In this document: positions 20,233 through 30,383 of the stretch, one piece after another
How positions within the stretch are numbered: position 1 is the first letter of the stretch
Layout of the letters: the number at the start of each line of letters is the position of its first letter
Origin: Planctomycetota bacterium
GTDB lineage: Bacteria; Planctomycetota; GCA-002687715; CAIWVZ01
Length of the DNA: 64,000 bases
Reading direction: 5' to 3'
Assembly (NCBI GenBank): GCA_044222185.1
Contig: JBGANV010000003.1
Span: forward strand, 96,001-160,000
Program-made: the position numbers and the translations under genes
The notes under the pieces: model-generated
Database searches by the model: none
Seen by the model: the letters and a program-made list of their open reading frames with translations, nothing else
What the model was told of the DNA's origin: nothing

Positions 20233-21777
20233 TCACGCGAGAAGCCGCTGGCGGGCCTCGCTCAATCCGGGAGCTTCGAAGCCGAAGCCGCTGGCGACGA
20301 CGCGGGCCAGCGCCGCGAGATAGAGCCAGCGGAATGCGGGTCGCGAGGACGAGAACTCCTCGATCGCCGTGCGGAAGAACTTCTCGTGATGCAGGGCGCC
20401 GTCGCTCTCGACGGCATGGGTCAGGCACGTCGCGATCACCGGGTCGGCCGGGAGATCCAGGCTGCCGTAGCGCTCGACGAGCGCGGCCGCGGCCGCCTGA
20501 TCGCGACCGCGGATGCTCTCCTCCAACGCACCCACGACGTCCTTCGGGACGACGGCAGCGGCACGATCGCGAGCGCTCGCATGATGCGGCTTGCCCAGAT
20601 CGACGGAGCCGCTTTGGCCTCCGGTGTGCCAGCCCGCGGCGATCATCGTGGCGGTCGACGTCGCCGGAGTGGTGACCGCGGCGATGCGGCGCCATGCGCT
20701 CGCTGCATCGGAGGCATGGACACCGACGGAGGCTCCGTGGACGCTGCCCTTGGGTTTGCCGGGATTCTCCCGAGTCGTACCCGGGTCGTGCAGTAGAAGC
20801 CGCACGGCCGCGAGAGAGATCGCCTCGCCGACGGTCGCCAGCCCGAGGCCCTTGGAAAGCGCGTCGGCGACCTCGCGTGCTGCGGCGTCCGACGTCCCAG
20901 CCATGATCCGCGCTGCGAGGGCGTCGAGCGTCGCGTCGTCCGCTGGCTTCGCCGACGGGCGGACGTCCCCGTCGAGGTGGAACTCGGTCATGAGCTTCGG
21001 GACCACGTCGCGGATCGTGGGAGCGGGCCGCCCGTCCTTCGCACGCGATCGTTCGCGGTCGACGCACTGGCGCAGCGATTGTCGCAACATCACCTGCGCG
21101 TTCTCCGCGCCGACGAGGCTGATCATGTCCCAGGCGCGCCACGCGAGCACGACCTGGTGAACGTCGACGTTGTCGCGCACCAGAGGCTGAAGGGCGTCGA
21201 ACGCGGCCCCAGCACCGTTCGAGATGATTCCGGCGAGGGATCGTTCGGCCGCGCCGATGTCGCCAGCTCGCTCCGCTGCCAGCATGGCGGCGGCGTCGGA
21301 TCCGGTGGGCGCGCCGACCTTGCGCAACACCTCCTTCTCCCGCCCTCCCCGTTCGCGCATGCGCGTCGCGTTCCGTTGCAGGACCTTCAGCACGGGAAGG
21401 GCCGCGAGTTTCGGGTCTGGCATCTGGGCAGCCATCTGACGCGCCGGGATGAGCGCCATGGCGCAGTGGTAGCCCGTGTAGTCCTCACCGCCGAAGGTGC
21501 GCGCGTTCGCCAGCGCCGCGGCGGCAACCAGCGTGTCGAGGGGCGTTCCGGCGCGAAGTCGTTCCACCGCTCGCCGCACGCACAGGTCCGGCGGCGTGTC
21601 CTGCATCTCGCGAACGAGCGGCTCGAACCGCCCCAGGTCGAGACGGTCATCCGGGTCCTGCAGTGGCCGCGTGCGAATTCCGAGCGGCCTCTCTCCGAAG
21701 CATGCCGGCGCCAACAACGCCAGCAACGACCCACGCCCCAGGTTCTCGAGGAACTCGCGTCTATCGATGCCGTTCAC
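20233..21777 (-). CDS. Tat-exported alpha-helical hypothetical protein
   Basis: GTG 21777 after GGAGG; signal IDRREFL...LLALLAPAC; His motifs GYH, DVH, GVHASD and ALHHEK. Confidence 0.78.
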   Translation of the reverse strand: MNGIDRREFLENLGRGSLLALLAPACFGERPLGIRTRPLQDPDDRLDLGRFEPLVREMQDTPPDLCVRRAVERLRAGTPLDTLVAAAALANARTFGGEDYTGYHCAMALIPARQMAAQMPDPKLAALPVLKVLQRNATRMRERGGREKEVLRKVGAPTGSDAAAMLAAERAGDIGAAERSLAGIISNGAGAAFDALQPLVRDNVDVHQVVLAWRAWDMISLVGAENAQVMLRQSLRQCVDRERSRAKDGRPAPTIRDVVPKLMTEFHLDGDVRPSAKPADDATLDALAARIMAGTSDAAAREVADALSKGLGLATVGEAISLAAVRLLLHDPGTTRENPGKPKGSVHGASVGVHASDAASAWRRIAAVTTPATSTATMIAAGWHTGGQSGSVDLGKPHHASARDRAAAVVPKDVVGALEESIRGRDQAAAAALVERYGSLDLPADPVIATCLTHAVESDGALHHEKFFRTAIEEFSSSRPAFRWLYLAALARVVASGFGFEAPGLSEARQRLLA

Positions 21778-21904
21778 GTCGGATCCTCCCAGGCTCGAGA
21801 CCGGCCGCGCACCCGCGGCGCGCGAGTGCGCCACGAGCTTAGTCGGCAGGTCCGCGGGTGTCACGCCTCGAGTGACGACCTGGCGCGGCGACGGTCAGCG
21901 CCGC

Positions 21905-22321
21905 TCAGCGGCTCTTCAGCACCTTGCCATGCCCGATCACGGCGATGCAGTCGATCTCGACCAGTGCGTCCTTGGGAAGACGCGCCGCCTCGACGGTCGA
22001 ACGCGACGGCGGGTTCTCGGAGAACGTCTTGCCGTAGATCTCGTTCATGGCGGCGAAGTCGCCGAGGTTCTTCAAGAACACGGTGCACCGCACCACGTCC
22101 GTCGTGAGGCAGCCGGCAGCGGCGAGTACGGCCGTCAGGTTCTTCAAGACCTGCACCGTCTGCTCGGCCGTCGTGCTGCCCACCATCTGCATCGTCTTCG
22201 GGTCCAACGCGACCTGCCCCGAGCAGTAGACGACGCCGTTCGAGATCACCGCCTGGCTGTAGGGACCGATGGCCTGGGGAGCACCGTCCGTCTTCACGAT
22301 CGAGCTGTCTCGTTGTGACAT
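21905..22321 (-). CDS. ridA: RidA/YjgF family enamine deaminase
   Basis: APQAIGPYSQA, SGQV, F..MNEIY, PPSRSTV, LPKDALVEID. Confidence 0.93.
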   Translation of the reverse strand: MSQRDSSIVKTDGAPQAIGPYSQAVISNGVVYCSGQVALDPKTMQMVGSTTAEQTVQVLKNLTAVLAAAGCLTTDVVRCTVFLKNLGDFAAMNEIYGKTFSENPPSRSTVEAARLPKDALVEIDCIAVIGHGKVLKSR

Positions 22322-22341
22322 GGCTTTCCGTTGCGGGTTGG

Positions 22342-22830
22342 TCAGGGCTTGGACTTCAGGCGTCGTGCGAGCGCCGACGCCACGGGCGCCGGGACGAAGC
22401 GCGAGACGTCACCGCCGACGACGGCGATCTCGCGAATGAGGCGGCTCGACGTGAGCGCCCACTTCTCGTCGGGCATCAGGCAGATGGTCTCGATCTCGGG
22501 AGCGAAGCCCCGATTCGTCATCGCCATCACGTACTCGCTCTCGAAATCGGACACGGTGCGGATGCCGCGGAGGATGACGCCGAGGCCGCGGCTGCGCGCG
22601 CAGTCGACCGCCATCCCCTCGAACGTCACGACGTCGAGGTTCGCCAGGCCGCTCGTCTCGGCGCGGATGAAGGCCATCCGCTCTTCGGCGGTGAACAACG
22701 GCGACTTCGTGACGTTCGTGCCGATGGCGACGACGAGCCGATCGAACATCCGACTCGCGCGGCGGATCAGGTCCAGGTGCCCGAACGTGACCGGATCGAA
22801 GCTGCCTGGATAGAGGGCGTTCATTCCCAT
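22342..22830 (-). CDS. coaD: Phosphopantetheine adenylyltransferase
   Basis: YPGSFDPVTFGHLD, RGIRTVSDFE, SSRLIRE. Confidence 0.95.
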   Translation of the reverse strand: MGMNALYPGSFDPVTFGHLDLIRRASRMFDRLVVAIGTNVTKSPLFTAEERMAFIRAETSGLANLDVVTFEGMAVDCARSRGLGVILRGIRTVSDFESEYVMAMTNRGFAPEIETICLMPDEKWALTSSRLIREIAVVGGDVSRFVPAPVASALARRLKSKP

Positions 22831-22972
22831 GACGAGGCGGCATCGTAGCAGCGATCGCGTCGGCGCGTGGCCGTCTCCCGGAAGCCGCCACGAGGCGCGC
22901 GCATCGGCTTCCGGCCATCGCTGGCCGCCGACGACGCTCGATCCCCCGGGTCGCCGACGATACAGTCGCGCC

Positions 22973-24499
22973 ATGCGCTTCTATCTGACGACGGCGATCG
23001 ACTACGTGAACAGCCGGCCGCACCTGGGTACGGCCTACGAGAAGATCACCGCCGACGTGATCGCTCGATACCACAGGGCCCGCGGCCACGACGTCCAGTT
23101 CCTCATGGGGAACGACGAGCACAGCCTGAAGATCGAGCGGGCCGCGCGGGAGAAGGGGCTGGACCCGCTGGCCTACTGCGACGAGATGGAGCGGATCTTC
23201 CGCGACGTCTGGGACGCCCTCGGGTGCTCCTACGACGTCTTCATCCGCACGACGGAGCCGCGCCACAAGAAGGCCGTGCAGGAGATCGTCCGCCGGATCC
23301 ACGCGAAGGGCGATCTCCACCAGGGCAGTTACGAGGGCTGGTACTGCACGGGCTGCGAAGCGTTCAAGAAGGCCGAGGAACTCGTCGACGGCAAGTGCCC
23401 CGAACACCTGAAGCAGGACCCGACCTGGCTCGAGGAGAAGAACTGGTTCTTCCGCCTGTCGAAGTACCGAGACCCGCTTCTCCGCCACTACGCGGAGAAC
23501 CCGGGGTTCGTTCAGCCCGAGTTCCGGAAGAACGAGTTGCTCTCGCTCCTCGAACAGGGACTGCAGGACATTTCCATCTCGCGTCAGTCGGTGGCTTGGG
23601 GCGTCACGTTCCCGTTCGACGAAACGGCGAAGGTCTACGTGTGGTTCGACGCGCTGATCAACTACGTCACGGGCGCAGGCTTCCCCGATGACGCGGCCGC
23701 GTTCGCCAAGTGGTGGCCGGCCGACGTGCACGTCGTCGGAAAGGACATCACCCGCTTCCACTGCGTGATCTGGCCGGCCATGCTGATGTCCGCCGGCCTC
23801 CCGCTCCCCCGCCAGATCTTCGGCCACGGCTACGTGAACCTGGGCGGCGATCGCATGAGCAAGAGCGCCGGTACGAGCGTGGATCCCAAGGCAATCGCGG
23901 CGAAATACACGGCGGATGCTCTCCGCTACTACCTCTGTCGCGAGGCGCAGTACGGAAACGACCTGGAGTACACGGAGGAACGTCTGAAGATCCGAGCGAA
24001 CACCGACCTCGCGAACGGCTTGGGGAATCTCCTCAGCCGCGTCGTATCCATGACGCACAAGTACCAGGGCGGGCACGTCCGCGGGGACCTGTCCGCGTCG
24101 GCGATCGTTCACGACGCGAAGTCGTCGGTGTCGCGCTGCCTCGCCGCCATGGACGAATTGGATCTGCAGGGAGCCGCGTCGGCCGCCATGACGATCGTCG
24201 AGCGCGCCAACAACTGGGTCGACGTCCGCGCCCCGTGGGCCCTCTTCAAGGACAAGTCGAAGGCCGCGGAGCTCGACGTGGTGCTCACCGAGCTGGCGAC
24301 GCTCACGCTGATCGCAGGAACGCTCCTCTACCCGTTCATGCCAGTGAAGATGGCCGAGCTGGTGCGACGATTGACGGGGCAGACCATCGACCCGCACGCC
24401 GCGCTCACGGACCCGGCGGCACTGCGGATCCCACCCGAGCGACAGCTCGAGATGGGCCCGCCACTCTTCCCGCGGATGGATGACTCGGCCGCCACGTGA
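22973..24499 (+). CDS. metG: Methionyl-tRNA synthetase, short form without the C-terminal tRNA-binding domain
   Basis: FYLTTAIDYVN..PHLG, GNDEH, FIRTT, CxxC..CxxH knuckle, YVWFDAL, GKDI..FH, RMSKS. Confidence 0.96.
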   Translation: MRFYLTTAIDYVNSRPHLGTAYEKITADVIARYHRARGHDVQFLMGNDEHSLKIERAAREKGLDPLAYCDEMERIFRDVWDALGCSYDVFIRTTEPRHKKAVQEIVRRIHAKGDLHQGSYEGWYCTGCEAFKKAEELVDGKCPEHLKQDPTWLEEKNWFFRLSKYRDPLLRHYAENPGFVQPEFRKNELLSLLEQGLQDISISRQSVAWGVTFPFDETAKVYVWFDALINYVTGAGFPDDAAAFAKWWPADVHVVGKDITRFHCVIWPAMLMSAGLPLPRQIFGHGYVNLGGDRMSKSAGTSVDPKAIAAKYTADALRYYLCREAQYGNDLEYTEERLKIRANTDLANGLGNLLSRVVSMTHKYQGGHVRGDLSASAIVHDAKSSVSRCLAAMDELDLQGAASAAMTIVERANNWVDVRAPWALFKDKSKAAELDVVLTELATLTLIAGTLLYPFMPVKMAELVRRLTGQTIDPHAALTDPAALRIPPERQLEMGPPLFPRMDDSAAT

Positions 24500-26553
24500 G
24501 GCTTCCACGCGGCATCTTCGTCAAGCTGGTGGGGGTGTTCCTCCTCGTGGGGCTCGTCCCGTTCCTCGGAATCGAGGTGTGGGCGTACCTCCAAGCCCGA
24601 AACCAGCTGACGAAGAACGTCGTCGAATCCTGGCTCACGCGACTCGCCCGGGAGACGGCGGCGCAGGTCGACCGCGAGGTCGAAGCCATGCGATCGACCG
24701 TCCTCGCGTGGTCGCAGGAAGAGGCGCTCGTCACGGACGCGATGATGCTCGCCGGCGGCGGTGCGCCGTGGGCCGGCCCCGCCGACCGCCTGAATGCGGC
24801 GCTCGCGCTGCGCGCGGGGACCCTCGGAAACGTGGCGCTGGCGACCGTCGTCGACGGCGAGGGACGACTCCTCGCCGCGGGGCGCTCCGACCGGTCGAAG
24901 CCCGCGACCCAGATCACGGCGCGCCTGCTCTCGGAGATCATCCCCGATCCGGGTGGGCGCGCGTGGATCGAGCGCGCCGCCACCCGGACCGGGAGCGACA
25001 CGCCCCAGATCTTCAGCACCGGGTGGCACCGCTCGCCGCTGGTGGCCGCGCTCGGAGACCCGGACGAAGCGGCGAGCTACCAGGTGGGGTTCGCGGCCCG
25101 GCTGGCGCCGCCGGGCGACGGCGAGAACAAGAACCGGCGTGAGTCAGCACTCGTCGTCTTCTTCCGCTTCGAGACGATCCAGAGCGCACTCGATCGCGTG
25201 AAGCAGAGGTTCACGGACTGGGAGGACTCGCGGAAGCCCGAGCAGAGCCGATACTCCAGCGGCTATGCCTTCATGTTCGATTCCGACGCAGACACCGTCA
25301 TCGCCCACGTGAACCGCCAGCACTACGGGACGTCCCTCGTCCGCGACCACCATCAGCCTGAATTCCACCAGGCGATGATCGATCAGCGCTTCGGATCCAT
25401 CCACTACGAGTACCCGCCGGGAACTCCGAAGATCACGGGGTTCGCCCACTGCGCCGAGGCCGCGGACGGCGGATTCGGCTGGATCGTGGGTGTCGGGGTG
25501 AGCCAGAAAGACGTCTTCGCGGACCTCACGCGCTTCCAGGAACTCCTCGGCGTCGCGGCCCTCATCCTCGCGGGAGCCGTCGTCGTGACGGCGGCGCTCA
25601 TCTCCGCTCGCATCACGCGCCCCCTCACGCGCCTCGTGGTACTGACCGAGCAGGTGGCGCGAGGAAACCTGGACGCCCAGGTGCAGGTCACGACGCGCGA
25701 CGAGATCGCCGTGCTCGCCGACGCGTTCAACAAGATGGCCGCGGACCTGAAGGCGTCGAACCATCGGCTGATCCAGGCCGAGAAGGACGCGGCGTGGCGC
25801 GAGATGGCTCGCCAGGTCGCGCACGAGATCAAGAATCCGCTGACGCCGATCATGCTGTCGGCCCAGCAGGTGCAGCGGGCTCACATGGATCGCCACCCTC
25901 ACTTCGATGCGATCCTCGCCGACTCGGTCCAGAGCATCATCGAGCAATGCGAATCGCTGAAGCGGATCGCACAGAACTTCGCGAGCTATGCCGCGTTCCC
26001 GCGCCCCACGCTGGAGTGGCAGGTTGCATCCAAACTCGTCGCGAAGTGCGTCGCACAGTTCGTCCCGTTGCTCGAGGGCAAGGCTCGCATCGTCACGGAG
26101 ATGGACTGTCCGGACGACGTCGTCGTGAAGGCCGACCTGGACGCCATGCGGCGCGTGTTCCTGAACCTCGTCAACAATGCCATCGAGGCGATGGCGGAAC
26201 GGCCCGAGCCCGTGCTGACGATCGCGGTCACGGTAGGCGCCGGTGATGCAGGTGAGGTCGCGCGCATCCGCGTGACGGACAACGGCCGCGGAATCTCGCC
26301 GAGCGACATGCGCCGCCTCTTCGAGCCCTACTTCTCGACGCGAAGCAGCGGTACGGGACTCGGGCTCGCGATCTGCCGGAAGATCGTCAACGAGCACGCG
26401 GGATCGATCGCAGTGCAGTCGGAACTCGGAGCGGGAACGACGTTCACGATCACGTTGCCCGTACGGCGCGGCGACGCGCGCGCGATCGCAGCATCCGACG
26501 ACGCGTTCTCCGAGACCCGAACCATGCCGCACGCGCGGCCGGACGCGCCATGA
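24496..26553 (+). CDS. Membrane sensor histidine kinase (Cache-HAMP-HisKA-HATPase, NtrY-like)
   Basis: Two TM helices, HAMP DEIAVLADAFNKM, H-box AWREMARQVAHEIKNPLTP, NLVNNA, DNGRG, FEPYFST, GTGLGL. Confidence 0.93.
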   Translation: MRLPRGIFVKLVGVFLLVGLVPFLGIEVWAYLQARNQLTKNVVESWLTRLARETAAQVDREVEAMRSTVLAWSQEEALVTDAMMLAGGGAPWAGPADRLNAALALRAGTLGNVALATVVDGEGRLLAAGRSDRSKPATQITARLLSEIIPDPGGRAWIERAATRTGSDTPQIFSTGWHRSPLVAALGDPDEAASYQVGFAARLAPPGDGENKNRRESALVVFFRFETIQSALDRVKQRFTDWEDSRKPEQSRYSSGYAFMFDSDADTVIAHVNRQHYGTSLVRDHHQPEFHQAMIDQRFGSIHYEYPPGTPKITGFAHCAEAADGGFGWIVGVGVSQKDVFADLTRFQELLGVAALILAGAVVVTAALISARITRPLTRLVVLTEQVARGNLDAQVQVTTRDEIAVLADAFNKMAADLKASNHRLIQAEKDAAWREMARQVAHEIKNPLTPIMLSAQQVQRAHMDRHPHFDAILADSVQSIIEQCESLKRIAQNFASYAAFPRPTLEWQVASKLVAKCVAQFVPLLEGKARIVTEMDCPDDVVVKADLDAMRRVFLNLVNNAIEAMAERPEPVLTIAVTVGAGDAGEVARIRVTDNGRGISPSDMRRLFEPYFSTRSSGTGLGLAICRKIVNEHAGSIAVQSELGAGTTFTITLPVRRGDARAIAASDDAFSETRTMPHARPDAP

Positions 26554-27197
26554 CCCGTCCCATACTCGTCCTCGTTCCGACCCCCCGCGAGCGCGACGCC
26601 CTGACGTCTTCGCTCCAGCACCTCCGCGTCGACGTCGCCGTCGCCCTCTGCGGCTTCGGCCCGGTCGTCGCCGCCGCCCGCGCGGCTGGGCTCATCGCGC
26701 ATCACCATCCGAGGCTCGTCATGCTCGCGGGGATCGCGGGCACCTATTCACCCTCGGTCGCACCGGTGGGAGCGGCCCTCGAGTTCGGGCGCGTGTTCAT
26801 CGATGGCGTCGGCGCTGGCGAGGGCGAGCACGGGATCGGCCCGAGAGCCATGGGAATTCCCATGTGGAGCGGCGACGGCGCGCTCGAGCCTTCGATCTGG
26901 GACGAGATCTCGTGCGACGCCCCGGACGGCACCGAGCACACGCTGCTGACCGTGTGCGCCGCCTCCGACTCCGCCGCGTGCGCCTCGCGCCGGAGCGCCG
27001 GCCCGCGAAGTCCCGTGGCCGAAGACATGGAGGGATTCGCCGTCGGATGCGCCTGCGCGATCGCCGGCGTCCCGTTCCGCGTCATTCGCGGTATCTCCAA
27101 CGTCGCAGGCGATCGCAGCCGACCGAATTGGCGCATCGACGAGGCGCTTGCCGCTGCAGCCGCTCGCCTCGCACAGGCCCTCGAGCCGCGCCCATGA
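26550..27197 (+). CDS. mqnB: Futalosine hydrolase
   Basis: PNP/UDP fold GFGPVVAAA, GIAGTY, EDMEGFAV, RGISNVAGDR...W; coupled to mqnD. Confidence 0.85.
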   Translation: MTRPILVLVPTPRERDALTSSLQHLRVDVAVALCGFGPVVAAARAAGLIAHHHPRLVMLAGIAGTYSPSVAPVGAALEFGRVFIDGVGAGEGEHGIGPRAMGIPMWSGDGALEPSIWDEISCDAPDGTEHTLLTVCAASDSAACASRRSAGPRSPVAEDMEGFAVGCACAIAGVPFRVIRGISNVAGDRSRPNWRIDEALAAAAARLAQALEPRP

Positions 27198-28036
27198 CGC
27201 GCCACTTCCACATCGGCATCTCGACCTGCCCGAACGACACGTTCGCGTTCCACGCCCTCCTCGAACGGTGCATTCCCACACCGGGGATCGAGCTGACGTT
27301 CGAGTTGCTCGACGTCCAGGAACTGAACGAGCGGCTCGCTCGCGACGACTTCGACGTGGCGAAGGCGTCGTTCCACGCGGCGCTGCACCTGGGCGAGCGC
27401 CGCGTCGTCCTGCCGGTGGGCGCGGCGCTGGGATTCGGCGTGGGTCCGATCCTCTTGTCGCGGATCCCGGGCGACCACCCGTCGATCCCGCGTGCCGACG
27501 GCCGGGCGGCGCGAGTCCTCTGCCCCGGTGCCTGGACGACGGCCACGCTGCTCTATCGCCTCTTCCATGCCGCAGACGGCGCCGTCGATCAGGTCGTGTT
27601 CAGCGCCATCATCCCGGCGCTCCGCCGGGGTGGCGCGGACTTCGGCGTCTGCATCCACGAAGGGCGATTCACGTACCGCGAAGCAGGGTTGCACCTCGTG
27701 GAGGATCTGGGGGCGACCTGGGAGACGCGCACCCGGTCGGCGATTCCCCTCGGATGTCTGCTGGGCCGGAAGGATCTGCGGACGCTCCTGCCCGCGATCG
27801 TGGACGCGATCCGCAGATCCATCGACTACGCGTACGACCACCGCCAGGAGGCGCTGGAGACGATGCGCCGGTACGCGGCTGAGCTCGACGACGCGGCACT
27901 GTGGAAACACGTCGAGCTGTACGTCAACGCGTGGACGCGCGACCTCCGCCCGCAGCGCCGGGCGGTCGACGCGCTGGCCGATGCCGCGCGCGGGATCGGA
28001 ATGACGACGGGTTCGCTCGAGATCCTCGACTGCTGA
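27194..28036 (+). CDS. mqnD: 1,4-dihydroxy-6-naphthoate synthase
   Basis: STCPNDTF, DVQELN, GAALGFGVGP, IHEGRFTY, IPLG, HVELYVN. Confidence 0.93.
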   Translation: MTRHFHIGISTCPNDTFAFHALLERCIPTPGIELTFELLDVQELNERLARDDFDVAKASFHAALHLGERRVVLPVGAALGFGVGPILLSRIPGDHPSIPRADGRAARVLCPGAWTTATLLYRLFHAADGAVDQVVFSAIIPALRRGGADFGVCIHEGRFTYREAGLHLVEDLGATWETRTRSAIPLGCLLGRKDLRTLLPAIVDAIRRSIDYAYDHRQEALETMRRYAAELDDAALWKHVELYVNAWTRDLRPQRRAVDALADAARGIGMTTGSLEILDC

Positions 28037-28190
28037 CCTGCGGGAGCGGCGCCGCGCGGCGCTTCGCGGCCCTGTCGCTACGGGTTCGAGAACGCCATGC
28101 GTTGCGCCACGGGGCCGCGCCCCTGAGCGGTTGGCCGCCGTTTTTCGACGAAAGGGGGAAAATGACGCCGCGAGGTGAGTCTCTCCCTCC

Positions 28191-30311
28191 GTGCTCGCCT
28201 TCTCGATCGCCTTCCTGATCGTCGTCGTCGCACGCACGCCGCTCCCTCCGGTCGGCATCGCCTCGGCGGCAGGGATCGGTGCGGCCCTCGCGGCCCTGGT
28301 GCCGCCGCTACGGATTTCGGATGCGACGAGGGAGCGTTGCGTCGGCGCAAGCCTGGGCGCGGTGGCGGCGCTGCTGCTCCCGGCCGCGGCGCCGCCGCCC
28401 TCACGACCGGCCGTCGACCCATTCGATCCGGGGCAGGTGGTGCGTTGCGAGGGAACGGTCGATTCCGACGGACGCCTCGACCCGATTGGTGCGTCGTTCA
28501 GGCTCACGCAGGGACCGCGTGTACGAGTGCGGAGCATGACGTTCCTGCCGTTGTCCGGAACACGACTCGCCGTGGTGGGGCGGCTCGACGCTTCGGGGCG
28601 TACGCTCTCCGCAGAATCCGCCGAGGCGGTGACGTTCCTCGATCCGCCGCCCGCGCTCTCGCTGCGCACGCTCGCCGCCAATCTGCGCGAGTGGTGTCGC
28701 GGAGCCATTCGTCACGCCTGCGACCCGCCCACAGCAGGCTTCCTGCTGGCCCTCCTGATCGGCGACCCGGGTCTGCCACCCAGCGCCCGCGACGATCTCG
28801 TGAGGACGGGCACGCTCCACCTCATCGCCGTCTCGGGCACGCACCTCAGCCTCTTCCTCGCGGGGCTGCGACTGGTGACGCGGCGAGCGCGGGTGAGCAT
28901 CCCGCTGCTGGTCGCGTACGCGCTCGTCTGCGGGCTCCAGCCGCCAGTCCTCCGCAGCCTCGTGCTGGCGATCGGCCACGTCCTCGGCCGTCGCATGAAC
29001 CGCGCGTCGGATCAGGCGGGCATGCTGCCGTTTTCCGCCTGCGTGGTCCTGGCATTCGACCGTGGCGCGCTGTTCGACGTGGGTTTCCAGCTCTCGTTCG
29101 CCGCCTACGCAGGGCTCGTCTGGTTTCGGCCGCCGAGCAAGGACCCGGACCCGTTCGAGGCGGCACGCCTGCGGTCCTGGCACGGGCGCATGGCGGCGAG
29201 GCTCCGCCCGGCGCTTTGGGCCGGGATCGGTGCCACGCTGCTCACGTCACCCATCTCGGCATCCGGTTTTCACCGCCTCGCGCCCGTGGGGATCCTCGCG
29301 ACGCTGGCACTCTCACCGCTGATCCCCATGCTTCTGTGGCTCGCCGTCGCGATCGTCGTCTTTCCCGACCTGCGCCCACTGTCCATCCTCGCGCGCGCGA
29401 TCGTCGAGGGAGTCTTGTTCGTCGCAGACCTGTGGGCCCGCATCCCGTTCGTGGTGTTCGACGTCCCCAGGCTCGACGCGCGCGCGCTGGGAGTTCTGTG
29501 GTTCTTCGTGATCGTGTTGACCGTCCGGTGGTTCGAGATGTCGCGAGCGACGAAGACCGTCGGATTGCTCGGGATCGTCGCGTGCCTCGCAGCGACGGAC
29601 CGCGCTCCGCCGGGTCTGTACCAACTCGATGCCGGGGCGGGCGCAGCGACACTCCTGGTCGACGACCGGGTCGCGCTCCTCGTGGACACTGGCCCGATCC
29701 GCGCTCACACGGCCGAACAGATCCTCGCGCTCGGCATCGGCCGCATCGACGTTCTGGCTCTCACGCACGGGCACGAGGACCACGTCGGCGGCCTGGCCGA
29801 GGTCACGGGTCGGCTGCGGGTCTTACGGACCCTGGTGACGAGGGCGTCGTCCCGTTGGGCCACTCGGCTGCAGCTGCCGGCAGAGGTCGTGCGGCGCGGC
29901 GACGTGCTGGCGGCTGGCGCGAACACGATCGAGGTGCTCCACCCAACGGACGACTCCGACTTCGGCCCGAACGACGGGTCGCTCGTCCTTCGGCTGTACT
30001 GGTGTGGGCGCCACATCCTTCTCATGGGCGACCTCGAGACGGACGGCCTGCGCAATCTCCTCGAACAGGAACCGCTGGATCCGGTCGACGGGCTCCTTCT
30101 CCCGCACCACGGCTCCGCGAACGACCACCTCGGCGAATTGCTCGCGCGAACACGGCCCGCATGGGTCGTCCTGGCGGCGCGGCCAGGCTTCGCGGCCGAT
30201 AGTACGGGGCTCCTGGTCGAGTGGATCGGCGCGACGCTTCGCGCCACGGCCACGGAGGGAGTGGTGGCGCTTCCGTTCGAGAGGCAGCACGGGCGCCGAA
30301 GGCCGCGCTGA
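28191..30311 (+). CDS. comEC: ComEC/Rec2 DNA uptake channel with C-terminal metallo-beta-lactamase domain
   Basis: GTLHLIAVSGTH, GFQLSF, LTHGHEDHVGG, NDGSLV, GDLE, PHHGS. Confidence 0.88.
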   Translation: MLAFSIAFLIVVVARTPLPPVGIASAAGIGAALAALVPPLRISDATRERCVGASLGAVAALLLPAAAPPPSRPAVDPFDPGQVVRCEGTVDSDGRLDPIGASFRLTQGPRVRVRSMTFLPLSGTRLAVVGRLDASGRTLSAESAEAVTFLDPPPALSLRTLAANLREWCRGAIRHACDPPTAGFLLALLIGDPGLPPSARDDLVRTGTLHLIAVSGTHLSLFLAGLRLVTRRARVSIPLLVAYALVCGLQPPVLRSLVLAIGHVLGRRMNRASDQAGMLPFSACVVLAFDRGALFDVGFQLSFAAYAGLVWFRPPSKDPDPFEAARLRSWHGRMAARLRPALWAGIGATLLTSPISASGFHRLAPVGILATLALSPLIPMLLWLAVAIVVFPDLRPLSILARAIVEGVLFVADLWARIPFVVFDVPRLDARALGVLWFFVIVLTVRWFEMSRATKTVGLLGIVACLAATDRAPPGLYQLDAGAGAATLLVDDRVALLVDTGPIRAHTAEQILALGIGRIDVLALTHGHEDHVGGLAEVTGRLRVLRTLVTRASSRWATRLQLPAEVVRRGDVLAAGANTIEVLHPTDDSDFGPNDGSLVLRLYWCGRHILLMGDLETDGLRNLLEQEPLDPVDGLLLPHHGSANDHLGELLARTRPAWVVLAARPGFAADSTGLLVEWIGATLRATATEGVVALPFERQHGRRRPR

Positions 30312-30321
30312 GGACCGCCCG

Positions 30322-30359
30322 AAACGAAACCGGGGACCAGCCCGTTGGGTTGGTCCCCG
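30322..30359 (-). terminator. Intrinsic terminator downstream of rpsI
   Basis: 13-bp stem CGGGGACCAGCCC/GGGTTGGTCCCCG (30331-30359) with one wobble/mismatch, followed on the minus strand by GTTTCGTTT. Lies between convergent comEC and rpsI. Confidence 0.75.
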
Positions 30360-30383
30360 TGTCCTGCGCGCGTACGCCTCCGA

